From Vicingaceae bacterium (GTDB lineage: Bacteria > Bacteroidota > Bacteroidia > Flavobacteriales_E > Vicingaceae): a stretch of 64,000 nt of DNA. This document shows positions 51,097-61,118 of this stretch, one piece after another; within the stretch, counting starts at the first letter, position 1, and every line of letters begins with the position of its first letter. The stretch spans positions 17,082 through 81,081 of the forward strand of contig JAGYIE010000005.1 in the NCBI GenBank assembly GCA_018402765.1, given 5' to 3'. Position numbers and translations under genes: made by a program. The notes under the pieces are model-generated. The model was not told the origin of the DNA, ran no database searches, and saw nothing but the letters and a program-made list of their open reading frames with translations.

Positions 51097-51654
51097 CTAC
51101 CAACCAAATTGATGTCCAATTCCTTTAGCAGTTTCTGCATCAAATTGATTTGCATCAAACCATTTTCCTTGAATCTTCATCGTCTGCTCTAATATATCTC
51201 GAATACATCCCTTACCTCCTTTTTTAGGAGATACATAATGAGAGATGCTTTTTATTTCTTCAGCAGCATCAGAAGGGCTACATGCTAAACCAACAGCCTT
51301 CATTACTTCATAATCAGGAATATCATCTCCAACATACAAAATATTTTCTGGAGATAAATTACTTTTTTCAATACACTTATTGAAGACAGCCATCTTGTCT
51401 TTACACGCTAAATTTACGTGCTCTATACCCAAGCCATTCAAACGATTTCTTACTGATTCTGATGTGCCGCCTGATATTATTTCAATATGATAGCCAAGTT
51501 TAACAGCTAACTGCAGGGCATAACCATCTTTAATATTAAATTGCCTTACTTGCTCACCATCAGGTAACACAAGTACAGTTCCATCCGTAAGCACTCCATC
51601 TACATCTAAGATGAACGTATTGATCTTTTTTAATGCTGCTTTAAAGTTGGTCAT
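51097..51654 (-). CDS. kdsC: KDO 8-phosphate phosphatase (HAD IIIA)
   Basis: LDVDGVLTDG; FNIKDGYA; YVGDDIPD; KGGKGCIRD. Confidence 0.9.
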   Translation of the reverse strand: MTNFKAALKKINTFILDVDGVLTDGTVLVLPDGEQVRQFNIKDGYALQLAVKLGYHIEIISGGTSESVRNRLNGLGIEHVNLACKDKMAVFNKCIEKSNLSPENILYVGDDIPDYEVMKAVGLACSPSDAAEEIKSISHYVSPKKGGKGCIRDILEQTMKIQGKWFDANQFDAETAKGIGHQFGW

Positions 51655-51655
51655 A

Positions 51656-52450
51656 CTATTTTCTGCTTTTTGTAAGACTTTCACTTAGTAGTGCGTACAC
51701 TTGCCGGAAATCTTTGTGGTCTTTTAGAAAATCAATATGATTGCTAATTATTTTTTGATCATTTCTAACAGCAGGTCCTGTCTGCGACTCAAATGGGGTA
51801 GAGCCTTCTAACTTTTCTACAGTTCGCTTGATTAAAGGCTTTATTAGTTCAAATGAAATATTTTCTTTTTCTAGGATCTGATGTGCTATGTGAAACATAT
51901 AATTGCTAAAATTATTTGCAAACACAGCTGCTACATGAAGCGATTTTCTTTTTTCCGAATCTAATAAAAAAACCTTTTTTGAAATGCTACTCGCTATTTC
52001 TAAAAGTTCATTTTCTACTTTTTTATTAGGTGCTTCTACACTAATTGGAATAGGCAAAAGGCTTTCTACATCGTGTTTAGAGAAAGTTTGCAATGGATAG
52101 AAAATTCCATATTGCTTGTATTTATTTTCTTCAAATACGCTTAGAGATGTTGTTCCTGAAGTGTGAACAATCAGTTTATCCTTAATTTTTAAATTACTTA
52201 AGATTTCTCCAATACTATCATCATGAACTGCTACAACAATTAAGTCAGTTTTATTATTCAAGTCTGATAATCTTGTTGTGAAATCACAATTCATCGTATG
52301 ACCAAGAATCATAGCATTTTGATGACTTCTACTGAATACTTGGTGTATTATGTGACCTTTAGCTTTTAACGCAGCTCCTAAATTTGTAGCCACATTACCT
52401 GCACCTATTAAGGTTATTCGCTTCTTTTTTACTGATGTTGCTTTAGTCAT
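51656..52450 (-). CDS. Rossmann-like + DUF2520 domain protein
   Basis: IGAGNVAT; VHTSG; FYPLQTFSK; LHVAAVFANNF; QTGPAVRND. Confidence 0.9.
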   Translation of the reverse strand: MTKATSVKKKRITLIGAGNVATNLGAALKAKGHIIHQVFSRSHQNAMILGHTMNCDFTTRLSDLNNKTDLIVVAVHDDSIGEILSNLKIKDKLIVHTSGTTSLSVFEENKYKQYGIFYPLQTFSKHDVESLLPIPISVEAPNKKVENELLEIASSISKKVFLLDSEKRKSLHVAAVFANNFSNYMFHIAHQILEKENISFELIKPLIKRTVEKLEGSTPFESQTGPAVRNDQKIISNHIDFLKDHKDFRQVYALLSESLTKSRK

Positions 52451-52456
52451 CTTTAA

Positions 52457-54880
52457 TTATGAGGTTAATTTAGGAAATCGAATTCGATTTATTACTGCAA
52501 TTATACTTCCTAATGTCATGATGATACAACCAATCCAAAGAATATTGATGTATGGAAATACAATTGCCTGCATGATAATAAAGTCAGAGGCATTTGAGGA
52601 TTTTTCTTGTTTTAAAATAGTAAATTCTCCTAGTTCAGGGTTAATTTTTTTAAAATTAAACTTTAATCCAAGTTCTTCAACTTCATCTGAAATACTAAAA
52701 AGTCTATTTTGTCTTATGACTAAGATAGGTGAGGCTTCGTATACTCTTCCTTTTACGTTCATCGCTTCTAGTTTTAATCCAACTGCAATATCATCAGGCT
52801 GCAGATTGTTGCCTTCTAAGTCGATGTCTTTTATTACTTCTCTAACTATGATAATGCTATTGGTTGCAAAAAGCGTATCTCCAATTTTCACTAAGTTGGT
52901 ATCTGCTTCTTCATAAGCCTCTGGGTCATCTAAAGCCGGATCGTCTAAATCGGCATAGGTAACATGTGTAAATATATCTTTGTTCCAAAAGTGCTCCGTT
53001 GCTGGTTCAGGCACATTGCCCATTTGCTCGTTCAGCTGCACAAATGGACGAAGTTGGAATTGTCGCTCATATTTTCCATTATCATCTATTTGAAAATAGT
53101 TGACTTTATAGTAAATGTTTTGCCCTTCTTTTTCTCTTCCTTCATAGCTGATAAAGTAATTTCCCATAAGAACTGTATCGCCCTTGATAAGCATTATGTT
53201 CTCTTTATTTGCGTTCTCGTTTTCATTCATCTTTATTTCGATTCCTGAATTATTACGAGAAATAATTTCTTTGTTTCCTGCAGAAATTAATGCACCTATT
53301 AATAAAAGTCCAAACCCAATGTGTGCTATAGCTGCCCCAGATTTTTTTATACTTCCTTTAAGAATTCTTAGCCAATAGTCTGCATTTGCAACTACTGCAT
53401 AGGTAGCAGCAAACATTAATAGACCATGATAGTAATGCTGGAATTTAAGACCTGTTGCTACTAATATCGTAATCACAAGTGATAGAATTGCTGATACAGC
53501 AGTATCTTTAAAAAATTTCTTAGAGTCTGTTTTCTTATACTTTAGATAATGTCCAATACCAATAAAAATAGCGACCAATGTTGCTAACGGTAATTGCCAC
53601 GAATTGTAATGCTCATTTGCATTAGTTGGTGGTGCCATTTCAGTTCCAAAAATTGCATTTATTACAGGAATACTTGTAGAAAAAGTAATTTGAAAACAAG
53701 AAATAAGTAAGACCAACGATCCTAAAAACATCCAAAACTCTCTTGACCATAATTCTTCCTCTTTTTGTTGTTTGGGCAATTCTTTGAATCGAATCAAGAG
53801 TAATGCAAGTGAACCTGCAACTAGTAACAGTAAGATAAAAATTAATTGACCCGGCAAACCATCAGCAAAAGAGTGAACGGATGTTTCTCCAAGTATTCCG
53901 CTTTTAGTTAAGTAAGAAGAATACATGATCAATAGGAATGACAAAATAGAGAATAAATATACGCTAAACAAAGAGTTAGCTTTAACCTTATTGATTAGCA
54001 TCAGGTGACCTGCTCCAACTAAGATTAACCATGGAACCAAGGAAGAGTTTTCTACAGGATCCCAAGCCCAAAAGCCTCCAAAGCTTAGTGCTTCATAGGC
54101 CCAAGCTCCTCCCATAAGTACTCCTAATCCAAGAATAGCAATTCCAAAGAAAGTCCAAGGTAATGCAGGCTTTAACCAAGATGTATAGTCTTTTGTGTAA
54201 AGGCTTGTTAATGCAAACGTGAATGGAATTAATGTCAAAGCAAAACCAAGGAACAATATTGGCGGATGTATGGTCATCCAATAGTTTTGTAGCAATGGAT
54301 TTAATCCCGTCCCTTCTACAAAATTTAGATATTCAGGGTTTTGTACAAAAGGTAAGTTAAGCATATCTGGATGCTCCCTTAAAAGTGTAAATGGGTTGCT
54401 ACCAATTTGTATATCAAAAACATAAACGCCTAAAAGCATACTTCCTAAAAGTAATTGTACGAGCGACAATATCGACATTGTCCCTGCTTCCCACTTTTTA
54501 GCAGTATTTAATAGAATCATTCCTAGTATGGCGTGCCATAGAGACCAAAGTATAAAACTCCCTTCTTGACCTTCCCAGAAGCAGGAAAATACATAGCGCA
54601 TCGCTAAATCTGTAGAAGAGTGTCTCCATACATAATAATATTCAAAATGGTGATTGAAAAGCAAATAGAACAGTACACTAACGATACCTAGGATACTTAT
54701 GAAGTGAACATAAAAGAAAGTTCTTGCCATCTTTTTCCAAGATGCAGCTTCTATTGCTGTAGAATTAATTGCTTTGAAATAACTAAATGCAGCTAAACCT
54801 GAACAAACAAATGAAAGGATGATGAATAAATTACCTAATTGACCCGATACGAGGTTTTCCCCAATATAGTTTATCTCCAT
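52457..54880 (-). CDS. ccmF: Cytochrome c heme lyase CcmF
   Basis: WEGQEGSF; LNPLLQNYWMTIHPP; WWD-like GGFWAWDPVENSSLVPWL; SVHSF. Confidence 0.92.
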   Translation of the reverse strand: MEINYIGENLVSGQLGNLFIILSFVCSGLAAFSYFKAINSTAIEAASWKKMARTFFYVHFISILGIVSVLFYLLFNHHFEYYYVWRHSSTDLAMRYVFSCFWEGQEGSFILWSLWHAILGMILLNTAKKWEAGTMSILSLVQLLLGSMLLGVYVFDIQIGSNPFTLLREHPDMLNLPFVQNPEYLNFVEGTGLNPLLQNYWMTIHPPILFLGFALTLIPFTFALTSLYTKDYTSWLKPALPWTFFGIAILGLGVLMGGAWAYEALSFGGFWAWDPVENSSLVPWLILVGAGHLMLINKVKANSLFSVYLFSILSFLLIMYSSYLTKSGILGETSVHSFADGLPGQLIFILLLLVAGSLALLLIRFKELPKQQKEEELWSREFWMFLGSLVLLISCFQITFSTSIPVINAIFGTEMAPPTNANEHYNSWQLPLATLVAIFIGIGHYLKYKKTDSKKFFKDTAVSAILSLVITILVATGLKFQHYYHGLLMFAATYAVVANADYWLRILKGSIKKSGAAIAHIGFGLLLIGALISAGNKEIISRNNSGIEIKMNENENANKENIMLIKGDTVLMGNYFISYEGREKEGQNIYYKVNYFQIDDNGKYERQFQLRPFVQLNEQMGNVPEPATEHFWNKDIFTHVTYADLDDPALDDPEAYEEADTNLVKIGDTLFATNSIIIVREVIKDIDLEGNNLQPDDIAVGLKLEAMNVKGRVYEASPILVIRQNRLFSISDEVEELGLKFNFKKINPELGEFTILKQEKSSNASDFIIMQAIVFPYINILWIGCIIMTLGSIIAVINRIRFPKLTS

Positions 54881-54889
54881 TTTTTGTCC

Positions 54890-55297
54890 TTAAGAGTTTG
54901 CTTCTATTTCTGTAAATCCTTCTGTATTTCCATTATTGTATTTTGATGGACATTTCATCAAAATTTTATCTGCATGAAATTCACCTTCTTCCATTTTGCC
55001 TGTAACTACTACCTGCTCAGATCTCTCAAAATCTTGAGGTTTTGCTCCATGAAAATATACTTTCTTTTCAACTCCATTATTATCGACCATGTTGAAGGTA
55101 AACATGTCAACATTTACTTTTGGGTTATAGATAATATCGCTATTCTCTGCAAGCTTACCAACCACTTGAAATTCTTTACCTGGATTGCTTTCTACTACAG
55201 AGAATTGAGCATAGGTAGCGGCATCGGCCAACGTACTCATTATTACGCCAATTGAAACAGCAACAATAATAATCCCAATGATATGTATCTTTTTCAT
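54890..55297 (-). CDS. ccmE: Cytochrome c maturation protein CcmE (CxxxY type)
   Basis: KPQDFERSEQVVVTG...ADKILMKCPSKY. Confidence 0.93.
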   Translation of the reverse strand: MKKIHIIGIIIVAVSIGVIMSTLADAATYAQFSVVESNPGKEFQVVGKLAENSDIIYNPKVNVDMFTFNMVDNNGVEKKVYFHGAKPQDFERSEQVVVTGKMEEGEFHADKILMKCPSKYNNGNTEGFTEIEANS

Positions 55298-55299
55298 AA

Positions 55300-55500
55300 T
55301 CAGTTGTTTTTTTCTAGTTTACTTACCTTTCTATCAATAGTAAATAGGTACACGAAAAGACCTGTTAAAATGATAGAAATTACAGCCACCACCACATAAA
55401 TCTTTCCATCAGCTCTCATTGCATCTGCCATTTCTACAGTTTCTTGAGCAATGGATAATTGATTTATACCTAATAAGAATAGTACTAATAAATATTTCAT
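55300..55500 (-). CDS. ccmD: CcmD family protein
   Basis: MRADGKIYVVVAVISIILTGLFVYLFTIDRKVSKLEK; position in the operon. Confidence 0.8.
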   Translation of the reverse strand: MKYLLVLFLLGINQLSIAQETVEMADAMRADGKIYVVVAVISIILTGLFVYLFTIDRKVSKLEKNN

Positions 55501-56150
55501 TCTTCTTTTTCTTTCAATTTGTTAATCCGGATATTCAAATTCGCAATCCAAATAGATAATAAAATCCATCCAATTACAGCAGGATAAAACACTATGCGCA
55601 TATTGCTATCTAAATCATAGGAATTAAATGCTGGATTTCCACCATTTCCTGGATGCAATGAATCATACATTCGTGGAAGAACTCCTATAAATACAATTAA
55701 CATCACAAACGCAAAAATGTTATAGACAGCCGCAATTCGTCCTTTTTTTTGTTCTTCATCCATTGAACTTCTCAAAATCAAATAAGCAAAATAAACCAAC
55801 ATAGTTATTGCTGATCCATTTAGTTTTATATCATTTGTCCAATAGGTTCCCCATGTATACTTTGCCCAAATACTGCCGGTAATTAAACCTAGAATACCAA
55901 AAACTACTCCTGTGTTAACCATTTGTTTAGCAATTAGATCATGATTCATGTTGGACGATGATAAATGCTTTATACTGTAAATTACAGAAAGTAAAAACAA
56001 GAAAATCATTGTAAACCACATAGGGACATGGAAATACAAATTTCGAATTGTTTCGTAAAGGATAACTTGTCGAGGAACTTCAATTAATAAACCGCCAATC
56101 ACGGTAAAGAGAAGGAGAAGGAATGCGAGTATTTTCCACCAATTTTTCAT
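55497..56150 (-). CDS. ccmC: Heme exporter protein CcmC
   Basis: RNLYFHVPMW; TGSIWAKYTWGTYW..DIKL; LHPG; ATG at 56150. Confidence 0.92.
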   Translation of the reverse strand: MKNWWKILAFLLLLFTVIGGLLIEVPRQVILYETIRNLYFHVPMWFTMIFLFLLSVIYSIKHLSSSNMNHDLIAKQMVNTGVVFGILGLITGSIWAKYTWGTYWTNDIKLNGSAITMLVYFAYLILRSSMDEEQKKGRIAAVYNIFAFVMLIVFIGVLPRMYDSLHPGNGGNPAFNSYDLDSNMRIVFYPAVIGWILLSIWIANLNIRINKLKEKEE

Positions 56151-56190
56151 AGCTAATATTGGCTTTTTGAGCACTGAAATACGGCTAATT

Positions 56191-56844
56191 TTAAGCTCTC
56201 CAAAGGTACGGAAATAATATATATGCTAATGTGAAAATTACGACATTAATCAACCCCAAAACGAGTAAATAAATTCCACCTTCCTCAAAACCAAACCCTA
56301 CACCTGCTAAGGTGGAAACCTTAATAACTGTTAATAGTAAAGGCAGCATGATAGGAAAACTAAGTACTGCCATTAGGGTGGTATTGTTATTTGTCTTTGC
56401 AGCAATTGCAGCAACAAAAGTTAAAACTGAAGCAATACCCATACTTCCCAAAACGAGTCCTGAAATAAATAGTGCAATATCTTCAATTGGGTTACCAATT
56501 AATAAGCTAAAGAAAGTAAGATGGACAAGTCCAACGAATACAATTAATAACATATTATATAGTGTCTTTGAAATAATTAAAGACTGCGGAGAAGCTAGCA
56601 TATAAATATAAAGGAAACGGCTATTTGATTCGTGTTGAAAGCTTTTTGAAGTTGCATTGGTGGCTGAAAATAAAAGAATAATCCAAAAAAGGGCATTCCA
56701 AGTTTTGGTATCGTCCAATACATTAAAAATGAGGTAGGCCACAAATATACTAGAAACTACATAAAGAAGAATGCCATTGATCGCATATCGTTGACGATAT
56801 TCCATCAAAAAATCTTTTTGAATTAGGGATAGTATATGTTTCAA
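56191..56844 (-). CDS. ccmB: Heme exporter protein CcmB
   Basis: KDFLMEYRQRY; WNALFWIILLF; LMAVLSFPIMLPLL; TTG start; -7 element TAAATTTG at 56874-56867. Confidence 0.9.
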   Translation of the reverse strand: MKHILSLIQKDFLMEYRQRYAINGILLYVVSSIFVAYLIFNVLDDTKTWNALFWIILLFSATNATSKSFQHESNSRFLYIYMLASPQSLIISKTLYNMLLIVFVGLVHLTFFSLLIGNPIEDIALFISGLVLGSMGIASVLTFVAAIAAKTNNNTTLMAVLSFPIMLPLLLTVIKVSTLAGVGFGFEEGGIYLLVLGLINVVIFTLAYILFPYLWRA

Positions 56845-56885
56845 TTTCTTCTTATTGTCTGAGCTGCAAATTTATTCAATTGCTT

Positions 56886-56910
56886 TATCTTTGCCTAAAC
56901 CTTTTAGGCA
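56886..56910 (+). promoter_or_regulatory. gpx -7 element with an overlapping 8-bp inverted repeat
   Basis: TATCTTTG at 56886-56893; TGCCTAAA-CCT-TTTAGGCA at 56892-56910. Confidence 0.55.
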
Positions 56911-56941
56911 TATTTGTGTTCGTTTTAAAACAAATATATTG

Positions 56942-57490
56942 ATGAAAAAAATATCACTAATTATACTGCTGCTATTTGCATCAGTTCATTTTATTAAAGC
57001 TCAAAAGATGAATTTTTATGATTTTAAAGTGAATGATATCAGTGAACAACCGTTTGATTTATCTTCTTTAAAAGGGAAGAAACTAATCGTTGTAAATACT
57101 GCCTCAAAATGTGGTTTGACACCGCAATATGAAATATTAGAGGAACTCTATCAAAGATTCGGAGGGGATAATTTTGCCATTATTGGTTTTCCTGCTAACA
57201 ATTTTGGAGCTCAAGAGCCTGGTTCAAATAAAGAAATTAGCGCTTTCTGTACAAAAAATTATGGAGTTTCCTTTCAGATGATGTCTAAAATCTCAGTCAA
57301 AGGTGATGATATTCATCCATTGTATAAGTGGTTAACAACTAAGTCAGAGAATGGAGTAGAAGATGCTCCTGTAACATGGAATTTCCAGAAATTTATGATT
57401 GATGAGAATGGAAACTACGCGGGGATGGTAAGTCCTCAAGAAAGTCCAGCTTCAGAAACAATTATTAAATGGATAGAGGAGTCTAAATAG
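56942..57490 (+). CDS. Cys-type glutathione peroxidase family protein with signal peptide
   Basis: VNTASKCGLTPQY; GFPANNFGAQEPG; WNFQKF; ATG MKKISL at 56942. Confidence 0.93.
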   Translation: MKKISLIILLLFASVHFIKAQKMNFYDFKVNDISEQPFDLSSLKGKKLIVVNTASKCGLTPQYEILEELYQRFGGDNFAIIGFPANNFGAQEPGSNKEISAFCTKNYGVSFQMMSKISVKGDDIHPLYKWLTTKSENGVEDAPVTWNFQKFMIDENGNYAGMVSPQESPASETIIKWIEESK

Positions 57491-58207
57491 ATGAAATTAG
57501 ATATTCTAGCAATTGGAGTGCATCCCGATGATGTGGAATTAAGTGCAACAGGAACACTTATCAAAGCAATTCAACAAGGTAAAAAAGTTGGAATTTTAGA
57601 TTTAACAAAAGGAGAGCTTGGTACGAGGGGAAGCGCGGAATTAAGACTTATTGAAGCTCAAAAATCTGCAAAAATTCAAGGTGTTCACGTTCGTGAAAAT
57701 TTAGGAATGGCTGACGGTTTCTTCTTAAATGATGAAGCGCATCAGCGAAAGATTATAGAGGTTATTAGAAAATATCAACCAGAAATAGTGTTATCTAATG
57801 CTCCTTCAGATCGTCATCCTGATCATGGTAGAGCGTCCAAACTTATTTCTGATGCTTGCTTTTATTCCGGTTTAAGAAAAGTGGAAACCACTTTTGATGG
57901 TTTACCTCAAATTGCTTGGAGGCCAAAGTCGATTTACAATTATATTCAAGATAGATACATAGACCCTGATTTTGTTGTTGATATTACTCCATTTGTTGAG
58001 CAGAAGTTGGAAGCTATTATGGCTTTTTCTTCACAGTTCTACGATCCGAATTCTAAAGAACCGGAGTCTCCAATTTCTTCTCAAAATTTTATTCATCACA
58101 TAAAAGGCAGATGGTCTAATTTTGGTCGATTAATTAACGTTGATTATGCAGAAGGGTTTTTAGCAGAAAGACCTTTCGGAGTTGAAGATATTACACAACT
58201 TAGATAG
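57491..58207 (+). CDS. bshB1: Bacillithiol biosynthesis deacetylase
   Basis: DILAIGVHPDDVEL; DLTKGELGTRGS; DRHPDHGRAS; YAEGF. Confidence 0.92.
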   Translation: MKLDILAIGVHPDDVELSATGTLIKAIQQGKKVGILDLTKGELGTRGSAELRLIEAQKSAKIQGVHVRENLGMADGFFLNDEAHQRKIIEVIRKYQPEIVLSNAPSDRHPDHGRASKLISDACFYSGLRKVETTFDGLPQIAWRPKSIYNYIQDRYIDPDFVVDITPFVEQKLEAIMAFSSQFYDPNSKEPESPISSQNFIHHIKGRWSNFGRLINVDYAEGFLAERPFGVEDITQLR

Positions 58208-58311
58208 ATTTAAATTCTGAACACTTTTTTAAATTGAAAGGCCGTTAATTTCAAAGTTGAAACTAGGGCTCTTTATTAATTGGTTTTAAAAGAAAAAGAA
58301 GGGAGGAGTAG

Positions 58312-58887
58312 CTATACGCCTAATATTTTTGCATTGACATTAAAAACAGATCTCACATCTAACTTTAACGGGAATAAGGTAGCCCTATTGGTTCCGTATT
58401 GAAGACTTAATTTTATTTCATCTTGAAAAATGAATTGTTTATAATCGCCCGGAATTGGATCTAATTTTAGGAATGTTCCAATGTTTGTAGGAATTGTCAT
58501 CTTATTAGCGACTTCGATACGCTCTGTTTCATCATCAAAAATTCCATCACCATTTAAGTCAGCCATAATAAAAACTCTGATGTAATTCATAAAATCAAAG
58601 CTGCCAGAATCCGGAGCTATTATTGTTAAATCTAACTGCTTTACTTGAACATCTTGAACAAGCTCTTTTTCAGTGTTGTTTGTTTTAAAAGTTGTATCTG
58701 AGTTTGTGGATACAGGAGGTCCATCAAAACGAATAGAATCTGCAAATAAAGGTGCAGGAGGGTAAGTGAAATCTTCCGTAAATTCTAGTTCAAATTGGGT
58801 TAGTTTATCTAATTCATCTACTATATCTTCACAAGAATAAAATACTATGGAACTAAGAATTACTGCTAATGTGATTATTTTTTTCAT
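58312..58887 (-). CDS. Hypothetical lipoprotein
   Basis: MKKIITLAVILSSIVFYSC-EDIVDELD. Confidence 0.75.
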   Translation of the reverse strand: MKKIITLAVILSSIVFYSCEDIVDELDKLTQFELEFTEDFTYPPAPLFADSIRFDGPPVSTNSDTTFKTNNTEKELVQDVQVKQLDLTIIAPDSGSFDFMNYIRVFIMADLNGDGIFDDETERIEVANKMTIPTNIGTFLKLDPIPGDYKQFIFQDEIKLSLQYGTNRATLFPLKLDVRSVFNVNAKILGV

Positions 58888-58940
58888 ATCAATAATTTTA
58901 TAAAGGACGTTTTTAAACTCAATTGGTTGTCTGTTTTACT

Positions 58941-59870
58941 TTAAATTTTACCTAAAAATGGCTTTAGGAGTTTGTTACTTATTTTTTTTACTTCGAAAAA
59001 TGGAGTAGGATTGGCTCCAAAATTTGCAAAATATCGCTCGATAGATTTAATCATGCTTCCTTCAAAATTCATCGTCAATTTAAGTTCTTTCGCTTTCAAT
59101 ATAGCCTCCCACAATAACCAACTTAATGCTCCAGATGTTCGATATTTAGGGTGTAATGCACCACAGGTGTAATACAACTGGCTTTTATCCCAACAGGTTA
59201 ATAGTGATGCAACAATAACTCCGTCTAATTCGACTTCTTGTATTTGTGCATTTCCGATTTTTGTTAGTTCGGCAATTCTTTCTAAATATTCTTTTGAATA
59301 GCTTAATGGTTCTTTAAAGATTTTGCCATTTTGAATTTTTAGGTCATATAGTTTGGTGACATCCGTTGCAAATTGAATATTACCCCTAGTCCGAATTTTA
59401 TTAATTTCTTTTCTAAGGGTATCTTTTAAGTTTGAAAATAACTCATCTTCATTCTTAGTTGTATCTAGTAAGTAGGTGTATCGAACTCGCAGATCAAAGT
59501 TATCCCAACAGAATGGCAAAAGGTAACTTTCAGTATAGTCAAACTGTCTTAAAAAAAGACTGTTAACTGGTAGTTGATTTAGTAACTCTTCCTGAGATTT
59601 TCTGATAAAAGAAATTTGTTTGTCTAACTTTCCTTCATTTGATTGGCTATAAGATATGCTTTGGTAGGGTGTAAGCATTGGAGGAATAATTACTTTTATA
59701 CCTGCTTTTGTTTTGTAATGATAGGGCATACAAGCTAGTATTTGATCACCTTTTTTATGTAATAAAACCTCCCAGTCTTCTTTGACGACATTTTCCCACC
59801 ACCAATAAGAACCAAATAGGGTTATTTCATTGCGTTCACAAAAGCTTTTAAATTCGTCTTTGGCAGTCAT
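58941..59870 (-). CDS. GNAT/FemAB-like acyltransferase
   Basis: LFGSYWW; PPMLTPYQ; RYTYLLD; MNFEGSMIKSIERYFANFGA; -7 element TAGATTTG at 59906-59899. Confidence 0.8.
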   Translation of the reverse strand: MTAKDEFKSFCERNEITLFGSYWWWENVVKEDWEVLLHKKGDQILACMPYHYKTKAGIKVIIPPMLTPYQSISYSQSNEGKLDKQISFIRKSQEELLNQLPVNSLFLRQFDYTESYLLPFCWDNFDLRVRYTYLLDTTKNEDELFSNLKDTLRKEINKIRTRGNIQFATDVTKLYDLKIQNGKIFKEPLSYSKEYLERIAELTKIGNAQIQEVELDGVIVASLLTCWDKSQLYYTCGALHPKYRTSGALSWLLWEAILKAKELKLTMNFEGSMIKSIERYFANFGANPTPFFEVKKISNKLLKPFLGKI

Positions 59871-60006
59871 TGCTTTGCAGATTTCTCAGCGTTTACCGCA
59901 AATCTACTTTTTTATCTCATTTTAATTTGTCTGACCAGCAGTTAATAACTAAATATATTTTTATTCAATATTTCTTGGAGCAAACAAAATCGGTTATTTT
60001 TGTTAA

Positions 60007-60489
60007 ATGATACAACGAATACAAACACTGTTTTTATTGATTTCTATAGCCACCAATGCTGCTATATTTAGTTTTTCTTTGGCAACAATTAACTATAATG
60101 GTCTGTCGAATGACTTTACCATAATGGGTTTAATTGATCGAGGTACAGAAGAGTATATCTATTCAAATTGGTTAATACCGGGCCTAGCAATTTCTGTTAT
60201 TTTGGTTAGTCTGCTAGCTATCTTTTTGTATAAAAAGCGATCACTTCAAATTAAAACAGCACAATTGGCTTTATTTTTTCAAACGGCTTTTGTGGTAGTT
60301 ATATTCTATTTTGTAGATCAAGTTGGGCAGCAATTATCAGTCTCTGAGGCCTTAGGATTAGACGCTATAGAAATTACCTATTCATCAGGGAGCTGGCTAG
60401 CTTTGTTCCCTTTTATATTTCTATTCTTGGCGATTAGAAATATTCAAAAAGATGAAAAGTTAATCAAGGCTGCTGATCGTTTACGCTAA
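60007..60489 (+). CDS. DUF4293 family membrane protein
   Basis: MIQRIQTLFL...IFLYKKRSLQ...AIRNIQKDEKLIKAADRLR. Confidence 0.9.
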   Translation: MIQRIQTLFLLISIATNAAIFSFSLATINYNGLSNDFTIMGLIDRGTEEYIYSNWLIPGLAISVILVSLLAIFLYKKRSLQIKTAQLALFFQTAFVVVIFYFVDQVGQQLSVSEALGLDAIEITYSSGSWLALFPFIFLFLAIRNIQKDEKLIKAADRLR

Positions 60490-61118
60490 ACAAGTAGGTT
60501 CATTTGTTTTAGGTGACCTATACTTTCAGGTCCTAAATTGAAAATTACATCTAGTATACTCAGATTAGGAGTGTATGGAAATTTATCAACAAATACTTGA
60601 AGATAAGAATTTTCAGTGATTAATTTTGGTAACTCCCTGTTTTTTGGAGTTATTAATCTCAACTCTTTATAGTTTGGATTATTTTCTTCTATAAAGTCTT
60701 TAGTGTATTCTTTTACGAAGGAAACCTTTAAAATGCCTTCAACTATAGTTTCTGCTTCATAATTAAAATCAATTAAATAGGAGTGATTACAAGAGGTGTA
60801 TAGCTTACTTATTTTATTTTCGTAGTACTCAAAGAAAGGTGAGCGTTTATAGGCGTTTTCTATTGTTTTCCAGTGAAGTGTTTTCCAATCCTCAGCTTTT
60901 GAAAGCTTTATATCTTTCGTTAACGAATGATTTTTCCTGCCTGCGAGGGGTATAGATAACGCAAAGGGTCCGTTTGCAGTCATTATATTTGTTCTATTCC
61001 TATAGGTCTGTTTCGGAAAATGCTCATGAATTTCAATGGCAATCTTATCTGCTTTCAAATATTCACTATACTGAATAGCAGGAGCAAAGTAAGCGGTAGC
61101 AAATAAACTTTTGATCAT
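60486..61118 (-). CDS. WbqC family protein
   Basis: EHFPKQTYRNRTNI; HWKTIENAYKRSPFFEYY; NLSILDVIFNLGP. Confidence 0.9.
   Translation of the reverse strand: MIKSLFATAYFAPAIQYSEYLKADKIAIEIHEHFPKQTYRNRTNIMTANGPFALSIPLAGRKNHSLTKDIKLSKAEDWKTLHWKTIENAYKRSPFFEYYENKISKLYTSCNHSYLIDFNYEAETIVEGILKVSFVKEYTKDFIEENNPNYKELRLITPKNRELPKLITENSYLQVFVDKFPYTPNLSILDVIFNLGPESIGHLKQMNLLV

Noticed and set aside
51097-51158. Apparent overlap between the lipoprotein and kdsC ORFs
   Set aside because: Artefact of the longest-ORF start; the lipoprotein signal peptide starts at ATG 51053
56942-57490. Selenocysteine glutathione peroxidase
   Set aside because: The active-site codon is TGT (Cys) and there is no in-frame TGA
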